DNA of 64,000 nt from an uncultured Candidatus Actinomarina sp. (GTDB taxonomy: Bacteria > Actinomycetota > Acidimicrobiia > Actinomarinales > Actinomarinaceae): contig CACOBL010000003.1 of the NCBI GenBank assembly GCA_902625455.1, positions 406 to 64,405 of the forward strand, written 5' to 3'. Positions 30,301-39,675 of the stretch are shown piece after piece. A program made the position numbers and the translations under genes. Below the pieces are notes generated by a model. It was not told the DNA's origin. It did not search any database and saw only the letters and a program-made list of their open reading frames with translations. How positions within the stretch are numbered: the stretch's first letter is position 1; the number at the start of each line of letters is the position of its first letter.

Positions 30301-30920
30301 AACTTTAAAAAAGGATTGTTCTCAAAAGATTCTTGATCAGTTCCTAGAAATTCTTTAATTAAATTTTCTGCATTTAATGAGATATCCCCACCTCTAGAGT
30401 CAGTGTGTCCTGATTTTCTAAATAAATCTTCAGGGATTTTTTTCATAAATCTTTTAAAGTTTTCCTCGGATATTCTAAGATACTTTGCAAGTGAGAGCTC
30501 TACTTTTATTGACTGCGGTAAAACATTACAACTAAATACATATAAAGAAGCAAACATAGCCCAATCTAGTGATGAGGGTCTTCTCCCTTTTTCAAAAACA
30601 GCAAAATCATACTTTGGAAAATATTCATAAGGTGAATAAGCTAATCCGGACTTGTCTGATAAAACTTTATAAATATATCGATCAAGTAACTTAATATCCA
30701 TATTTGGAATGTTATTTTCAATTGTTAATTTACCAATTTGAAATTCACTCTCAGAAGGATGAATAACTATCTTACTAATTACAATTTTTCCAAAATAGTT
30801 TTCAATATTGACATCAAGTTGAATATTTTTTGGTATAAAAATTAACCCATCATTATCATTTGAATCAATTACTACCTGCAATTGTTCATCTAATTTAAAG
30901 CTATTGTTATTAATTTTCAT
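30276..30920 (-). CDS. Hypothetical soluble protein
   Basis: 214-aa ORF filling the gap divergent from ssrA; no motif recognised. Confidence 0.6.
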   Translation of the reverse strand: MKINNNSFKLDEQLQVVIDSNDNDGLIFIPKNIQLDVNIENYFGKIVISKIVIHPSESEFQIGKLTIENNIPNMDIKLLDRYIYKVLSDKSGLAYSPYEYFPKYDFAVFEKGRRPSSLDWAMFASLYVFSCNVLPQSIKVELSLAKYLRISEENFKRFMKKIPEDLFRKSGHTDSRGGDISLNAENLIKEFLGTDQESFENNPFLKFYSEADFA

Positions 30921-30972
30921 ATTTTAAATATTCTAATTCTCAAGTATAATTTTAGAACTAATAAAACTGTAT

Positions 30973-31310
30973 GGGGGTGAACTGGCTTCGACTTTGAAGT
31001 GAGTCTCTCAGTAGCGAGTCGAGGGTCCTAGGGCCTCGTTAAAAACGTAGGAAAATAATATAACTGCCAAACCTAAGTTGGCTTTAGCAGCTTAATTGTT
31101 GCTCGTCACCTATCGGGGCTCCCACCTCGGATAGCAATGGCGTCGAAATGTGGGATGCTGAGTTGGGTTACCGACTGACTCTTAAGATTTAGGTAAACCT
31201 GTTAGGTTATAGGTTCCGATGACTTGCCTAACAGTAAAACATCGGATGCACTCGGAGAAGCTGTTTGATAGCTTGGAAGGACCGGGGTTCGACTCCCCGC
31301 ACCTCCACCA
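30973..31310 (+). ncRNA. ssrA: tmRNA
   Basis: 5' GGGGGTGAACTGGCTTCGAC; 3' GGTTCGACTCCCCGCACCTCCACCA; acceptor stem with G3:U70; internal tag ORF. Confidence 0.96.
31066..31095 (+). other. tmRNA tag reading frame AKPKLALAA*
   Basis: ATAACT-GCC resume context; ends ALAA-TAA. Confidence 0.85.
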
Positions 31311-32489
31311 ATGAATAAAATGTATGATGTTGCAATTGTAGGGGCTGGTATTGTAGGTCTCTCTACTGCTTTAAAATTACAAGAACAAGGTAAAAATGTT
31401 CTTGTATTAGATAAAGAAAAATCAGCAGGTACTCACCAATCTGGTAGAAACTCAGGAGTTATTCATTCTGGAATCTATTACAAACCTCAATCTTTCAAAT
31501 CAAATCTATGCATAAGAGGTAGAGAGTTATTAATTGACTTTATGAGTTCAGAAAGTATTCCATTTAGAATTGAAGGAAAAATTGTTGTTGATCATGATAG
31601 AGAAAAGATTAATCATTTAAACGATAGAGCTAAAGAACTCAACATGGATGGGGTAAGGCCATTAGAAAGAAACGAAATATTAGATTTAGAACCAAATTGT
31701 AAATTTAAATCAGCATTATATGTTCCTCAGGCTGGAGTAGTTGACTATAAGGTTGTAACAGAGGTAATTGCAAAAAAATTTGAAAGTTTGGGAGGAACTG
31801 TTCAATATTTTCAAAAAATAAAATCAATAGATTCAAAGAATGACTTAAAAGTTCTTACTAGTGATAAGGAAACATTCAATTCAGAATATCTTATAAACTG
31901 TGCTGGTTTATTTTCTGACACGGTTGCTTTAATGGATAATATAAAACCTAACTTAAGAATAATTCCTTTTAGGGGTGAATATTTTGTATTAAATCGGGAC
32001 AAATCTCATTTAGTAAATAATATGATATATCCAATAAGTGATCCAAATTTACCATTTTTGGGAATTCATCTAACCAAAACAGTTGATGGTCAAATTGAAG
32101 CTGGTCCAAATGCAGTCTTAGCATTTGCCAAAGAGGGATATAAATGGAGTAACATTAATGTTTCTGAATTTAGTAAAACAATTTCTTACAAAGGCATGTG
32201 GAAGTTGGGTAAAAAATACTTTGGTACAGGCATTTCTGAGATGTATAGGTCTTTAAATAAAAAAGTGTTTCTAAAAGAAATTCTAAATTATATTCCTAAT
32301 GTTGAGTTAAAAGATTTAAAACCCCGTGTAGCTGGAGTTAGGGCACAAGCTGTAAGTTCTAATGGTGATTTAATAGATGATTTTGTTTTTGAAGAAAGTA
32401 ATAATTCTCTTCATGTTTTAAATGCACCAAGCCCTGCAGCAACAGCTTCTTTGGCAATTGGTGAGTATATTGCGGAAAAGATTAACTAA
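31311..32489 (+). CDS. lhgO: L-2-hydroxyglutarate oxidase-like FAD oxidoreductase
   Basis: VGAGIVG, HQSGRNSGVIHSGIYY, PFRGEY, PFLGIHLT, GPNAV, GVRAQA and NAPSPAATASLAIG motifs. Confidence 0.9.
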   Translation: MNKMYDVAIVGAGIVGLSTALKLQEQGKNVLVLDKEKSAGTHQSGRNSGVIHSGIYYKPQSFKSNLCIRGRELLIDFMSSESIPFRIEGKIVVDHDREKINHLNDRAKELNMDGVRPLERNEILDLEPNCKFKSALYVPQAGVVDYKVVTEVIAKKFESLGGTVQYFQKIKSIDSKNDLKVLTSDKETFNSEYLINCAGLFSDTVALMDNIKPNLRIIPFRGEYFVLNRDKSHLVNNMIYPISDPNLPFLGIHLTKTVDGQIEAGPNAVLAFAKEGYKWSNINVSEFSKTISYKGMWKLGKKYFGTGISEMYRSLNKKVFLKEILNYIPNVELKDLKPRVAGVRAQAVSSNGDLIDDFVFEESNNSLHVLNAPSPAATASLAIGEYIAEKIN

Positions 32490-34245
32490 TTTTCTCTCCA
32501 GTTTGTACTGACCATAGCTTTGAGTAAACCCCATTAATTTCTAAAAGACCTTCGTGATTTCCAGACTCAACAACTTTACCTTCCTCTAATACATAAATAA
32601 TTTCAGCATTTCTTATAGTGGATAAACGATGTGCTATTGCAATTACAGTTCTTCCTTTCTTTAGGGTGTTGATAGATCTCTGTATTGCAGCTTCAGTTTC
32701 ATTATCAACTGCTGAAGTTGCCTCATCTAAAATTAATATTTCTGGATTTTTAAGAATTGCTCTTGCTATTGAAATTCTTTGTCGCTGTCCTCCTGACAGC
32801 TTTTGTCCTCTTTCACCAACAATTGTATTTTCTTTATTAGGTAATTGATTTATAAATTTATCAGACTCAGAAAGTCTTGCTGCTTCCCAAACTTCTTCAT
32901 CATTAGCGTCTAGATTTCCGTATGCAATATTTTCAAATACAGTACCTTCAAATAGAAAAATATCCTGACTCACCAATCCAATTTTTTTTCTCAAACTATC
33001 TAGTTCTAAATCTTTTATATTTTTGCCGTCAAATTTAATTTCTCCAGATGTGGAATCATATAATCTTAATATCAGCTTTATCAGTGTTGATTTACCAGAT
33101 CCAGTACTTCCAACAATTGCTGTAGTTTGCCCTTTAGCTATGTCTATAGAAATGTTGTTTAAAACTGGAAAATTTTTAACGTATTCAAAATTTAGATTTG
33201 ATATCTGAATTTTCTCATCAAAACTTTCAAGCTTTTCAGTTCCATTGCCTATAGTGGGTGAAGTATTTTTTAGATTTATAATTCGTCTAAATGATGCCAT
33301 TGCTTTTTGATAAGAGTCAAAAATTACGCCAAGTTCTGTTAATGGCCATAACAACCTTTGAGTTATAAACAGCATCACTGAGTAAGTTGCTACTTTAATC
33401 TCACCATCTAGGGCTAAAAATCCACCAATTAAAAGTGTCGCCGTAAATCCAAATAATATTGCTATTCGAATTATCGGAATAAATGCTGCCGATAGTTTTA
33501 TTGCATGATAATTTGCACTTTTAACTTCATTTGATGAAAGGGTTATTCTTTCGCTTTCTTTTTTTTCTCTGTTAAAACTTTTTACTGTGAGTATTCCTGT
33601 AATAGAGTTTGAAAGATTAGCGTTTAAATTTTCTATATCATTTCGAATCTTTGTATATCTTTCTGCAATTCTGTTTGTGAACCTAAGGGAGCCAAAAATA
33701 ATAATTGGAATAGGTATAAAAGCAAAAACTGCAACTAATGGAGAAATATATAAAAATGTTCCACCAATAACAAGAACGGTCGTAGCAGTTTGTACTAATC
33801 TATTTGCACCGTTGTCTAAGAAAGTCTCAAGCTGATTTACATCATCATTTAGGATTGCCATTAACCTTCCAGAGGATTTATTTTCAAAAAAAGCTAAATC
33901 AAGGCTTAGGACATTATTAAAGGCATCTGTTCTTAAAGAATGCTCAATATCTTGTGAAATGTTTCTCCAAGTGACAGCTGCAATGTAGTCGAATGCTGAT
34001 TCCAGTCCCCATATTATCAAAGTTAAGATAGCGAGAATAATTAATTGTTGTCTTCTATCAGCGTATCCGAGATTTCCTATAAAGGAATCAGATCCTTCAA
34101 CAACTATATCTATTGCAATACCAATTAAAATAGGAGGAGCTAAGTCAAATATTTTATTTAGAATTGAATAAATTATTCCTCTACGGACTTTAGTATCTTG
34201 CTCAAGCGCGTACTTAAATAAATCTCTTAAATTATTTTCTTTCAT
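32482..34245 (-). CDS. ABC exporter, fused permease/ATPase
   Basis: 6-TM domain; GSTGSGKS, LSGGQRQR, ILDEATSAVD and IAHRLST motifs. Confidence 0.93.
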   Translation of the reverse strand: MKENNLRDLFKYALEQDTKVRRGIIYSILNKIFDLAPPILIGIAIDIVVEGSDSFIGNLGYADRRQQLIILAILTLIIWGLESAFDYIAAVTWRNISQDIEHSLRTDAFNNVLSLDLAFFENKSSGRLMAILNDDVNQLETFLDNGANRLVQTATTVLVIGGTFLYISPLVAVFAFIPIPIIIFGSLRFTNRIAERYTKIRNDIENLNANLSNSITGILTVKSFNREKKESERITLSSNEVKSANYHAIKLSAAFIPIIRIAILFGFTATLLIGGFLALDGEIKVATYSVMLFITQRLLWPLTELGVIFDSYQKAMASFRRIINLKNTSPTIGNGTEKLESFDEKIQISNLNFEYVKNFPVLNNISIDIAKGQTTAIVGSTGSGKSTLIKLILRLYDSTSGEIKFDGKNIKDLELDSLRKKIGLVSQDIFLFEGTVFENIAYGNLDANDEEVWEAARLSESDKFINQLPNKENTIVGERGQKLSGGQRQRISIARAILKNPEILILDEATSAVDNETEAAIQRSINTLKKGRTVIAIAHRLSTIRNAEIIYVLEEGKVVESGNHEGLLEINGVYSKLWSVQTGEKIS

Positions 34246-34256
34246 AAAGTTTTTGA

Positions 34257-34658
34257 TTATTTATTAATCTTATTTATTCCATCTCTAATTTCTTTTAGCA
34301 ATAATATTTCTTTTGATTCTGCAGCTACTGCTTCAGTTTCTTCATCGGAAACAATGTCTTCAAAATGGTTATAAGCTTTTATTACTAAAAACATTACAAA
34401 GGCAATTATTGTATAGTTTATTACTTCTCCTAGAAAAGCTCCAAATGAGCCTGCTGACATACCTGATGAAGGGTCTACATCACCGAACATACCCAGCGTA
34501 TCTAAATTAGGAAGATTTATAATTAAACCAATTAATGGCTCGACTAATCTCTTGGTGAATACATCAACCAATGACTTAAAAGAAGCACCCATAACAAACG
34601 CTACTCCAAGTTCTACAACATTACCTCTATTGATAAAATCTCTAAATTCCTTAATCAA
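34257..34658 (-). CDS. mscL: Large-conductance mechanosensitive channel
   Basis: IKEFRDFINRGNVVELGVAFVMG...LL.EIRD; SD GGAGGA before the TTG. Confidence 0.95.
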   Translation of the reverse strand: MIKEFRDFINRGNVVELGVAFVMGASFKSLVDVFTKRLVEPLIGLIINLPNLDTLGMFGDVDPSSGMSAGSFGAFLGEVINYTIIAFVMFLVIKAYNHFEDIVSDEETEAVAAESKEILLLKEIRDGINKINK

Positions 34659-34710
34659 AATTCCTCCAATTGTTTTTATAAATAATAGAATACATGTAAT
34701 CTAATAACCT

Positions 34711-36111
34711 ATGAGAAAATTTTTACTTACTTTATTGTGTTTAGTTTTAATATCTTGTTCATCGGGGAATACTGAAGAATCTGTTTCTGTAACTCAAGTT
34801 GAAGAAACCACAACCACTGAGAGTACAACAACTACATCTACCTCTACAACAACAACTGTTTATGAAGAGCCTCCATTTGCGATTGATGAGTTTGGGATAG
34901 AGATTCAAGAACCGCCAACAGAAATAAAAGAGCAATTAGCTGAATTAATGAAATTTATTGAGAGAAGGGTAGGTTTAGAATTTACTGAAGAACCTCTTTA
35001 TGATTTTTATACTCTAAATGATTATCAAGAGTACAACGCTCTTTCTTTCTTAGATGATTTTGAAGAAGATTATGAAGAAGGTGAGTGGGAAAGGGCTGTT
35101 CTTTCAGAGAACATGTGGGGTTTGAATGATTTTTCAGCTGACCAACTTTTAAATTTACAAGTAGAATTTCAGCGCTGTTTTTCTGCAGGTTCTTACAACT
35201 TATTGGATAAAACACTTAGAGTTCCTATAAAATCAGGTCAAAAAAAGCTAAATTTTTATGAACAAAGAGTAGTAGTTCATGAACTTGTTCATTCTTTACA
35301 AGGTATGCATTTTGAGGTATCCGAGTGGTATCAAGAGATGGATGATTTGGATGATTTCTCAAACTATCCAGGAATCAGAGCATTAATGGAAGCTCAAGCT
35401 GAATGGGTTGAAGCAAAATGGATTGATAGTTTAGATGCATATGACCGTCAAACTATGCAAGCACAGATTCCAAATATTTCCTGTAGGGTTCAACTTCCAA
35501 ATTATTTTTACATTCCATCAGACTTGTATTACACCTATGGTCCAATACTTTCACGAGAGATTATTAACAAAGGAAAAATGGTAGCTTTAAATGAAGCACT
35601 TGGAGAATATAAAAGAACTGGACTAACAAACCTTCCAACTTCAGAGCAAATATATTCATCCGAAAAATATTTTGCCAACGAAAGATATGATGTTATTGAA
35701 ATTGCTGATGTTGAGATCGGTAATTTTGAGTTAATAGACGAAGGTACAATTGGATCATTAGACATAGTTTATCTTTTACAAGATACTATTGGACCTATCC
35801 CAGCAATCACTGCTGCTGTTGGAATTGGGGGAGGTTCATGGAAAGATTATGTTGATCCATCAGGAAACTTAGTAATGACTGTCAAAATAAGTGGTGATAC
35901 ATCTGCGGATCTAGATGAAATATATGATGCTTATATTTTATGGGGAGATACCCAAAAAAGATTTACAGAGGTTGTAGAGCAGTACAACGGACTAATTTAT
36001 AAAGGTTCAACAAACGTTTGGATTTCTAAACAAAATGGTTTTGTAAAAATGGTTCTTTCTCAAGACCTAAAAATTATTGATGAAATCTCATCACAACTTG
36101 GTGATTTATAA
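34711..36111 (+). CDS. Lipoprotein with Thr-rich linker and gluzincin-like zinc metallopeptidase domain
   Basis: Lipobox LISC, TTTT stalk, VVHELVHSLQ and downstream ALMEAQA (third-ligand Glu). Confidence 0.72.
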   Translation: MRKFLLTLLCLVLISCSSGNTEESVSVTQVEETTTTESTTTTSTSTTTTVYEEPPFAIDEFGIEIQEPPTEIKEQLAELMKFIERRVGLEFTEEPLYDFYTLNDYQEYNALSFLDDFEEDYEEGEWERAVLSENMWGLNDFSADQLLNLQVEFQRCFSAGSYNLLDKTLRVPIKSGQKKLNFYEQRVVVHELVHSLQGMHFEVSEWYQEMDDLDDFSNYPGIRALMEAQAEWVEAKWIDSLDAYDRQTMQAQIPNISCRVQLPNYFYIPSDLYYTYGPILSREIINKGKMVALNEALGEYKRTGLTNLPTSEQIYSSEKYFANERYDVIEIADVEIGNFELIDEGTIGSLDIVYLLQDTIGPIPAITAAVGIGGGSWKDYVDPSGNLVMTVKISGDTSADLDEIYDAYILWGDTQKRFTEVVEQYNGLIYKGSTNVWISKQNGFVKMVLSQDLKIIDEISSQLGDL

Positions 36112-36116
36112 ACAAA

Positions 36117-36932
36117 GTGGGTACTCTATACATCTGCCCAACTCCAATAGGAAATTTAGATGACGTATCAAAAAGACTCATTGATGTATTAAATAATGTT
36201 GATTTAATTTATTGTGAGGATACTAGACGTGCAAAAAAGCTTTTAACTTATTTTGGAATTAAAACAAAAATAGAGTCTTACTTTATTGGCAATGAAGTAA
36301 ATAAGATTGAAGATATCAAAAGTCATTTAGAAAATGATGTAAACATTGCTCTTATTTCTGATGCAGGTACGCCTTTAATTTCAGATCCAGGTAACAAATT
36401 AGTTAAGGAAGTAATAAAGGAAGGATATAAGGTTATATCAATACCTGGTCCTTCAAGTGTACTTGTAGCTTTGACTCTTTCGGGGTTTGATATTACAAAT
36501 TTTCAATTTTTAGGATTTATACCTAAATCAGGAAAAGAAAGAACTGAATTTTTCGAAAAATTACTGAATGCACAAATGCCAAGTGTCTGTTTTACTTCTC
36601 CAAAACGTGTTATGAAAGATCTTGATTATTTTGAAAAAAATGGATTGAATTCACAAATAACAGTTTGTAGGGAATTAACAAAAAAATTTGAAACAATTCA
36701 TAGAGGAGAAATCTCAGAAGTAAAAGAAAAGCTCAGCTCAGACAATCTCAAAGGTGAGATAACTATTGTTGTTGGCCCAAGTGAATTAAATACTAATGTC
36801 AATTTTGAACTGGAATCTGCCTTAAAAATATTGTTAGACAACAACGTTCCTAAAAGAGATATAGCGAAAGCAGTATCTCTAATTACTAAAGTTTCTGCAA
36901 ACGAAATATACGATAAAGTTAAAGATTTTTAA
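36117..36932 (+). CDS. rsmI: 16S rRNA C1402 2'-O-methyltransferase
   Basis: TPIGNLDD, CEDTR, ISDAGTPLISDPG, IPGPS, RELTKKFE and KGEITIV motifs. Confidence 0.95.
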   Translation: MGTLYICPTPIGNLDDVSKRLIDVLNNVDLIYCEDTRRAKKLLTYFGIKTKIESYFIGNEVNKIEDIKSHLENDVNIALISDAGTPLISDPGNKLVKEVIKEGYKVISIPGPSSVLVALTLSGFDITNFQFLGFIPKSGKERTEFFEKLLNAQMPSVCFTSPKRVMKDLDYFEKNGLNSQITVCRELTKKFETIHRGEISEVKEKLSSDNLKGEITIVVGPSELNTNVNFELESALKILLDNNVPKRDIAKAVSLITKVSANEIYDKVKDF

Positions 36933-37158
36933 TATCGTTTATACAATTAGAACATAAAAATTTATCTTTGAGCTGATAAGTAACATCTTTAGAACCACAT
37001 ATAGAGCAAGTTTGATAGCCTTTTGTAATTATTAACTTTTTATCCTCTACATACATGGAGATTTCACTATTAGCTTCTACATCTAAAGCTTTTCTAATAG
37101 ATTTTGGAATTACAATTCTTCCAAGATTGTCAATTTTACTTCTGTTACCTTTACTCAT
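36919..37158 (-). CDS. AbrB/SpoVT-family regulator with C-terminal CxxC..CxxC
   Basis: SKIDNLGRIVIPKSIRKAL...EISMYVE...LIITK then CSIC...CSNC. Confidence 0.85.
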   Translation of the reverse strand: MSKGNRSKIDNLGRIVIPKSIRKALDVEANSEISMYVEDKKLIITKGYQTCSICGSKDVTYQLKDKFLCSNCINDIKNL

Positions 37159-37188
37159 AAATGTATTTAATCCTATGCTTATATAGTA

Positions 37189-37968
37189 GTGAATAAAAGT
37201 AAAACATTAGAGCAATTCAAATGGGTTGATACTCATTGTCATCTCCAACTTTGGAGTGATGAAATTGATGAAAATGATTTATTCAACCTAGAGTATGTAG
37301 TAATTCCTGGAGTAGACGTAGAATCTTCAATCAGAGCAAAGACTGTTTCAAATAGCTTAAAAAAAATGTCGTACTGGTCGGCAGGCCTACATCCACATCA
37401 AGCTAGTGAATTTGAAATGTTGAGACAGCAACTTGAAAATTTATTTATTGAAGCAGATTTGATTGGTGAAACTGGCCTAGATTATTATCGAAGTTTATCA
37501 CCGAGGGAAGATCAAATAGATAGTTTTCTTTACCATCTTGAAGTTGGAGACAAGCTTTCCAAACCAGTAATTGTTCATTGTAGAGATAGTTTTTCTGATA
37601 TCTATAAGATTCTTAGTGAAAGAGATAACAACAATAAAATTATTCTTCATTCATGGACTGGTGGCAATAAATGGACAAAAAAGTTTGCAGAACTTGGAGT
37701 TTACTTCTCTATTTCTGGAATCGTAACATATGACACTGCACAAGATTTACAGTTAGCAGTTAATAATATCCCATTAGATAAAATTTTAATTGAGACGGAC
37801 ATCCCTTATTTAGCACCAGTACCTTATAAAGGACAAAAAAATAAACCATCTTATATCATGTATACTGCTGAAAAAATTTCAAAAATACTTGAGATGTCTC
37901 TGGATGAGTTTTCAGAACTTACGAGAAAAAATACTGATAGATTATTATTTCGGGATTTAAATGAGTGA
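37189..37968 (+). CDS. tatD: TatD-family deoxyribonuclease
   Basis: DTHCHL, GLHPH, IGETGLDYY, VHCRDS, HSWTG and ETDIPYLAPVP motifs. Confidence 0.93.
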   Translation: MNKSKTLEQFKWVDTHCHLQLWSDEIDENDLFNLEYVVIPGVDVESSIRAKTVSNSLKKMSYWSAGLHPHQASEFEMLRQQLENLFIEADLIGETGLDYYRSLSPREDQIDSFLYHLEVGDKLSKPVIVHCRDSFSDIYKILSERDNNNKIILHSWTGGNKWTKKFAELGVYFSISGIVTYDTAQDLQLAVNNIPLDKILIETDIPYLAPVPYKGQKNKPSYIMYTAEKISKILEMSLDEFSELTRKNTDRLLFRDLNE

Positions 37969-38752
37969 ACAAGAATGGGTGGAAAAATTAGAATCGAAGC
38001 CAAATTATAAATTAGGCCAGAATTTTTTAATTGATTCAAATATTTCAAGAAAAATTACAAAATTAGTTCAGGGACAGTTAGCAGATCCGATAATCGAAGT
38101 AGGTCCTGGTACAGGTTCTTTAACTAGTGAATTATTGAAAGACAATTACAGAATTAAAGCCGTAGAAATAGATAAAAAGCTTATTGAAGTTTTAAATGAT
38201 AGATTTATAGATGTTCCTAATTTAGAAATCTTTAATGAAGATGCAATGGAATTTGACTACACACAACTTCAAGGTCCTTGGTGGATTTTTGTATCTAATT
38301 TACCCTACAACATTGGAACAAGATTGTTAGTGAAATTGATAATTGAAGTACCAGTAATTCATAGATATGTTGTCATGGTTCAGAAAGAGGTGGGAGAGAG
38401 ACTTGTCGCAAATCCCGGTGGAAAAGAATATGGCTCTCTTTCAGTTCTATTTAAATTATTTACTGAAACAAAAATTCAATTTGATGTTTCAAAAAATTGT
38501 TTTCACCCAATTCCAAAAGTTACCTCAACTGTACTAACTATTCAAAGAGAGACGATTTTAGATCAAGAAATAAGACTTCAAGCGTTTGAAATATCAAAAA
38601 TTGCTTTTCAACAAAAAAGAAAAAAAGTAAGAACATCACTTAAAACTATAATTTCTGAGGATAAGCTTGTTGAATTAGGAATAGACCCTAATAGTCGCGC
38701 AAGTAATTTAACTCCTGAAAATTATTATGATATTGCGAAGGGTACATTGTGA
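37961..38752 (+). CDS. rsmA: 16S rRNA adenine dimethyltransferase
   Basis: LGQNFL, EVGPGTG, EID, SNLPYNI, MVQKEV.ERL and F.P.PKV.S motifs. Confidence 0.95.
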   Translation: MSEQEWVEKLESKPNYKLGQNFLIDSNISRKITKLVQGQLADPIIEVGPGTGSLTSELLKDNYRIKAVEIDKKLIEVLNDRFIDVPNLEIFNEDAMEFDYTQLQGPWWIFVSNLPYNIGTRLLVKLIIEVPVIHRYVVMVQKEVGERLVANPGGKEYGSLSVLFKLFTETKIQFDVSKNCFHPIPKVTSTVLTIQRETILDQEIRLQAFEISKIAFQQKRKKVRTSLKTIISEDKLVELGIDPNSRASNLTPENYYDIAKGTL

Positions 38753-39570
38753 AAATATTAACTTCGGCAAAAATCAATCTTAATCTAAAAATTCATGATG
38801 ATTTACAAGATAATTTCCACAAGATTGAATCAGATATTATTCCTGTTGGAATTTTTGATGAAATAATAATTAAAGAAAGTAAAACAGAACAAATAGTTTT
38901 TAATATTGATAGATTGAATAATGAAACAACTACGATTCATAATGCTCTGTCTATAGTTAGAGAATGTAATCCGTCTTTTGATAAATCTTTTGAAATCATA
39001 GTTGATAAGCAGATACCGTTAGAATCTGGCCTTGGAGGGGGAAGTTCAAATGGTGCTGCAATAATTAATTTTCTTTGTTCAAATTATGAATTATTAATGC
39101 CCTCTTATCATGATGTTGTAAAGCATGTTGGCAGTGATGTCCCATTCTTTATAAATAAAAAACCAGCAAAAATATCAGGGATTGGTGAAAATGTTGTAAA
39201 TTTGAATGACATTTCACCTATGAAAATAATTATTGCTGTTCCAAAGATTGGTTTAAATACAAAACAAGTATTTGAAAAATATGATTCGATAAAATCAAAA
39301 CACTCTGAAAAATTTTTATGGAATGGTATTTCAATTTTTAATGATTTATGGAATTCGTCTATAGAGATTTATCCAGAGCTAAAAACAATAAAACAAAATC
39401 TTGAGGACAGTTATAACAAAAACTTTTTTATGTCCGGTAGTGGGTCTGCTCTTTTTTCATTGTTTGAAGAACATGAAGAAATTGAAGAAATAGTTTCCAA
39501 GGAACTCAGTCTTAAATATTTTTCAATAACTAAGAAAATTGATTGTAGTTTGTCTCAAAATGATGATTAG
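38749..39570 (+). CDS. ispE: 4-diphosphocytidyl-2-C-methyl-D-erythritol kinase
   Basis: AKINLNL, KQIPLESGLGGGSSN, GSDVPFF, GIGE and MSGSGS motifs. Confidence 0.93.
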   Translation: MKILTSAKINLNLKIHDDLQDNFHKIESDIIPVGIFDEIIIKESKTEQIVFNIDRLNNETTTIHNALSIVRECNPSFDKSFEIIVDKQIPLESGLGGGSSNGAAIINFLCSNYELLMPSYHDVVKHVGSDVPFFINKKPAKISGIGENVVNLNDISPMKIIIAVPKIGLNTKQVFEKYDSIKSKHSEKFLWNGISIFNDLWNSSIEIYPELKTIKQNLEDSYNKNFFMSGSGSALFSLFEEHEEIEEIVSKELSLKYFSITKKIDCSLSQNDD

Positions 39571-39589
39571 AATATATTTGCATAACAAT

Positions 39590-39664
39590 TGGGGGATGGT
39601 GTAATTGGCAACACAATGGGTTTTGGTCCCATCGTTGAGGGTTCGAGTCCTTCTCCCCCAGCCA
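39590..39664 (+). tRNA. tRNA-Gln (UUG)
   Basis: Acceptor UGGGGGA/UCCCCCA + G + CCA; anticodon stem AUGGG/CCCAU with loop UUUUGGU; GTTCGAGTCC T-arm; usual position upstream of glmU. Confidence 0.96.
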
Positions 39665-39675
39665 TCAATTTTGAA

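Noticed and set aside
31290-36111. Prophage or island integrated at the tmRNA 3' end
   Set aside because: No integrase, and I saw no duplicated tmRNA 3' end in the window; downstream genes look like ordinary housekeeping genes.
39589-39675. N-terminal extension of the glmU ORF (MGDGVIGN...)
   Set aside because: It is a read-through of the tRNA-Gln gene; GlmU homology starts at ATG 39676.
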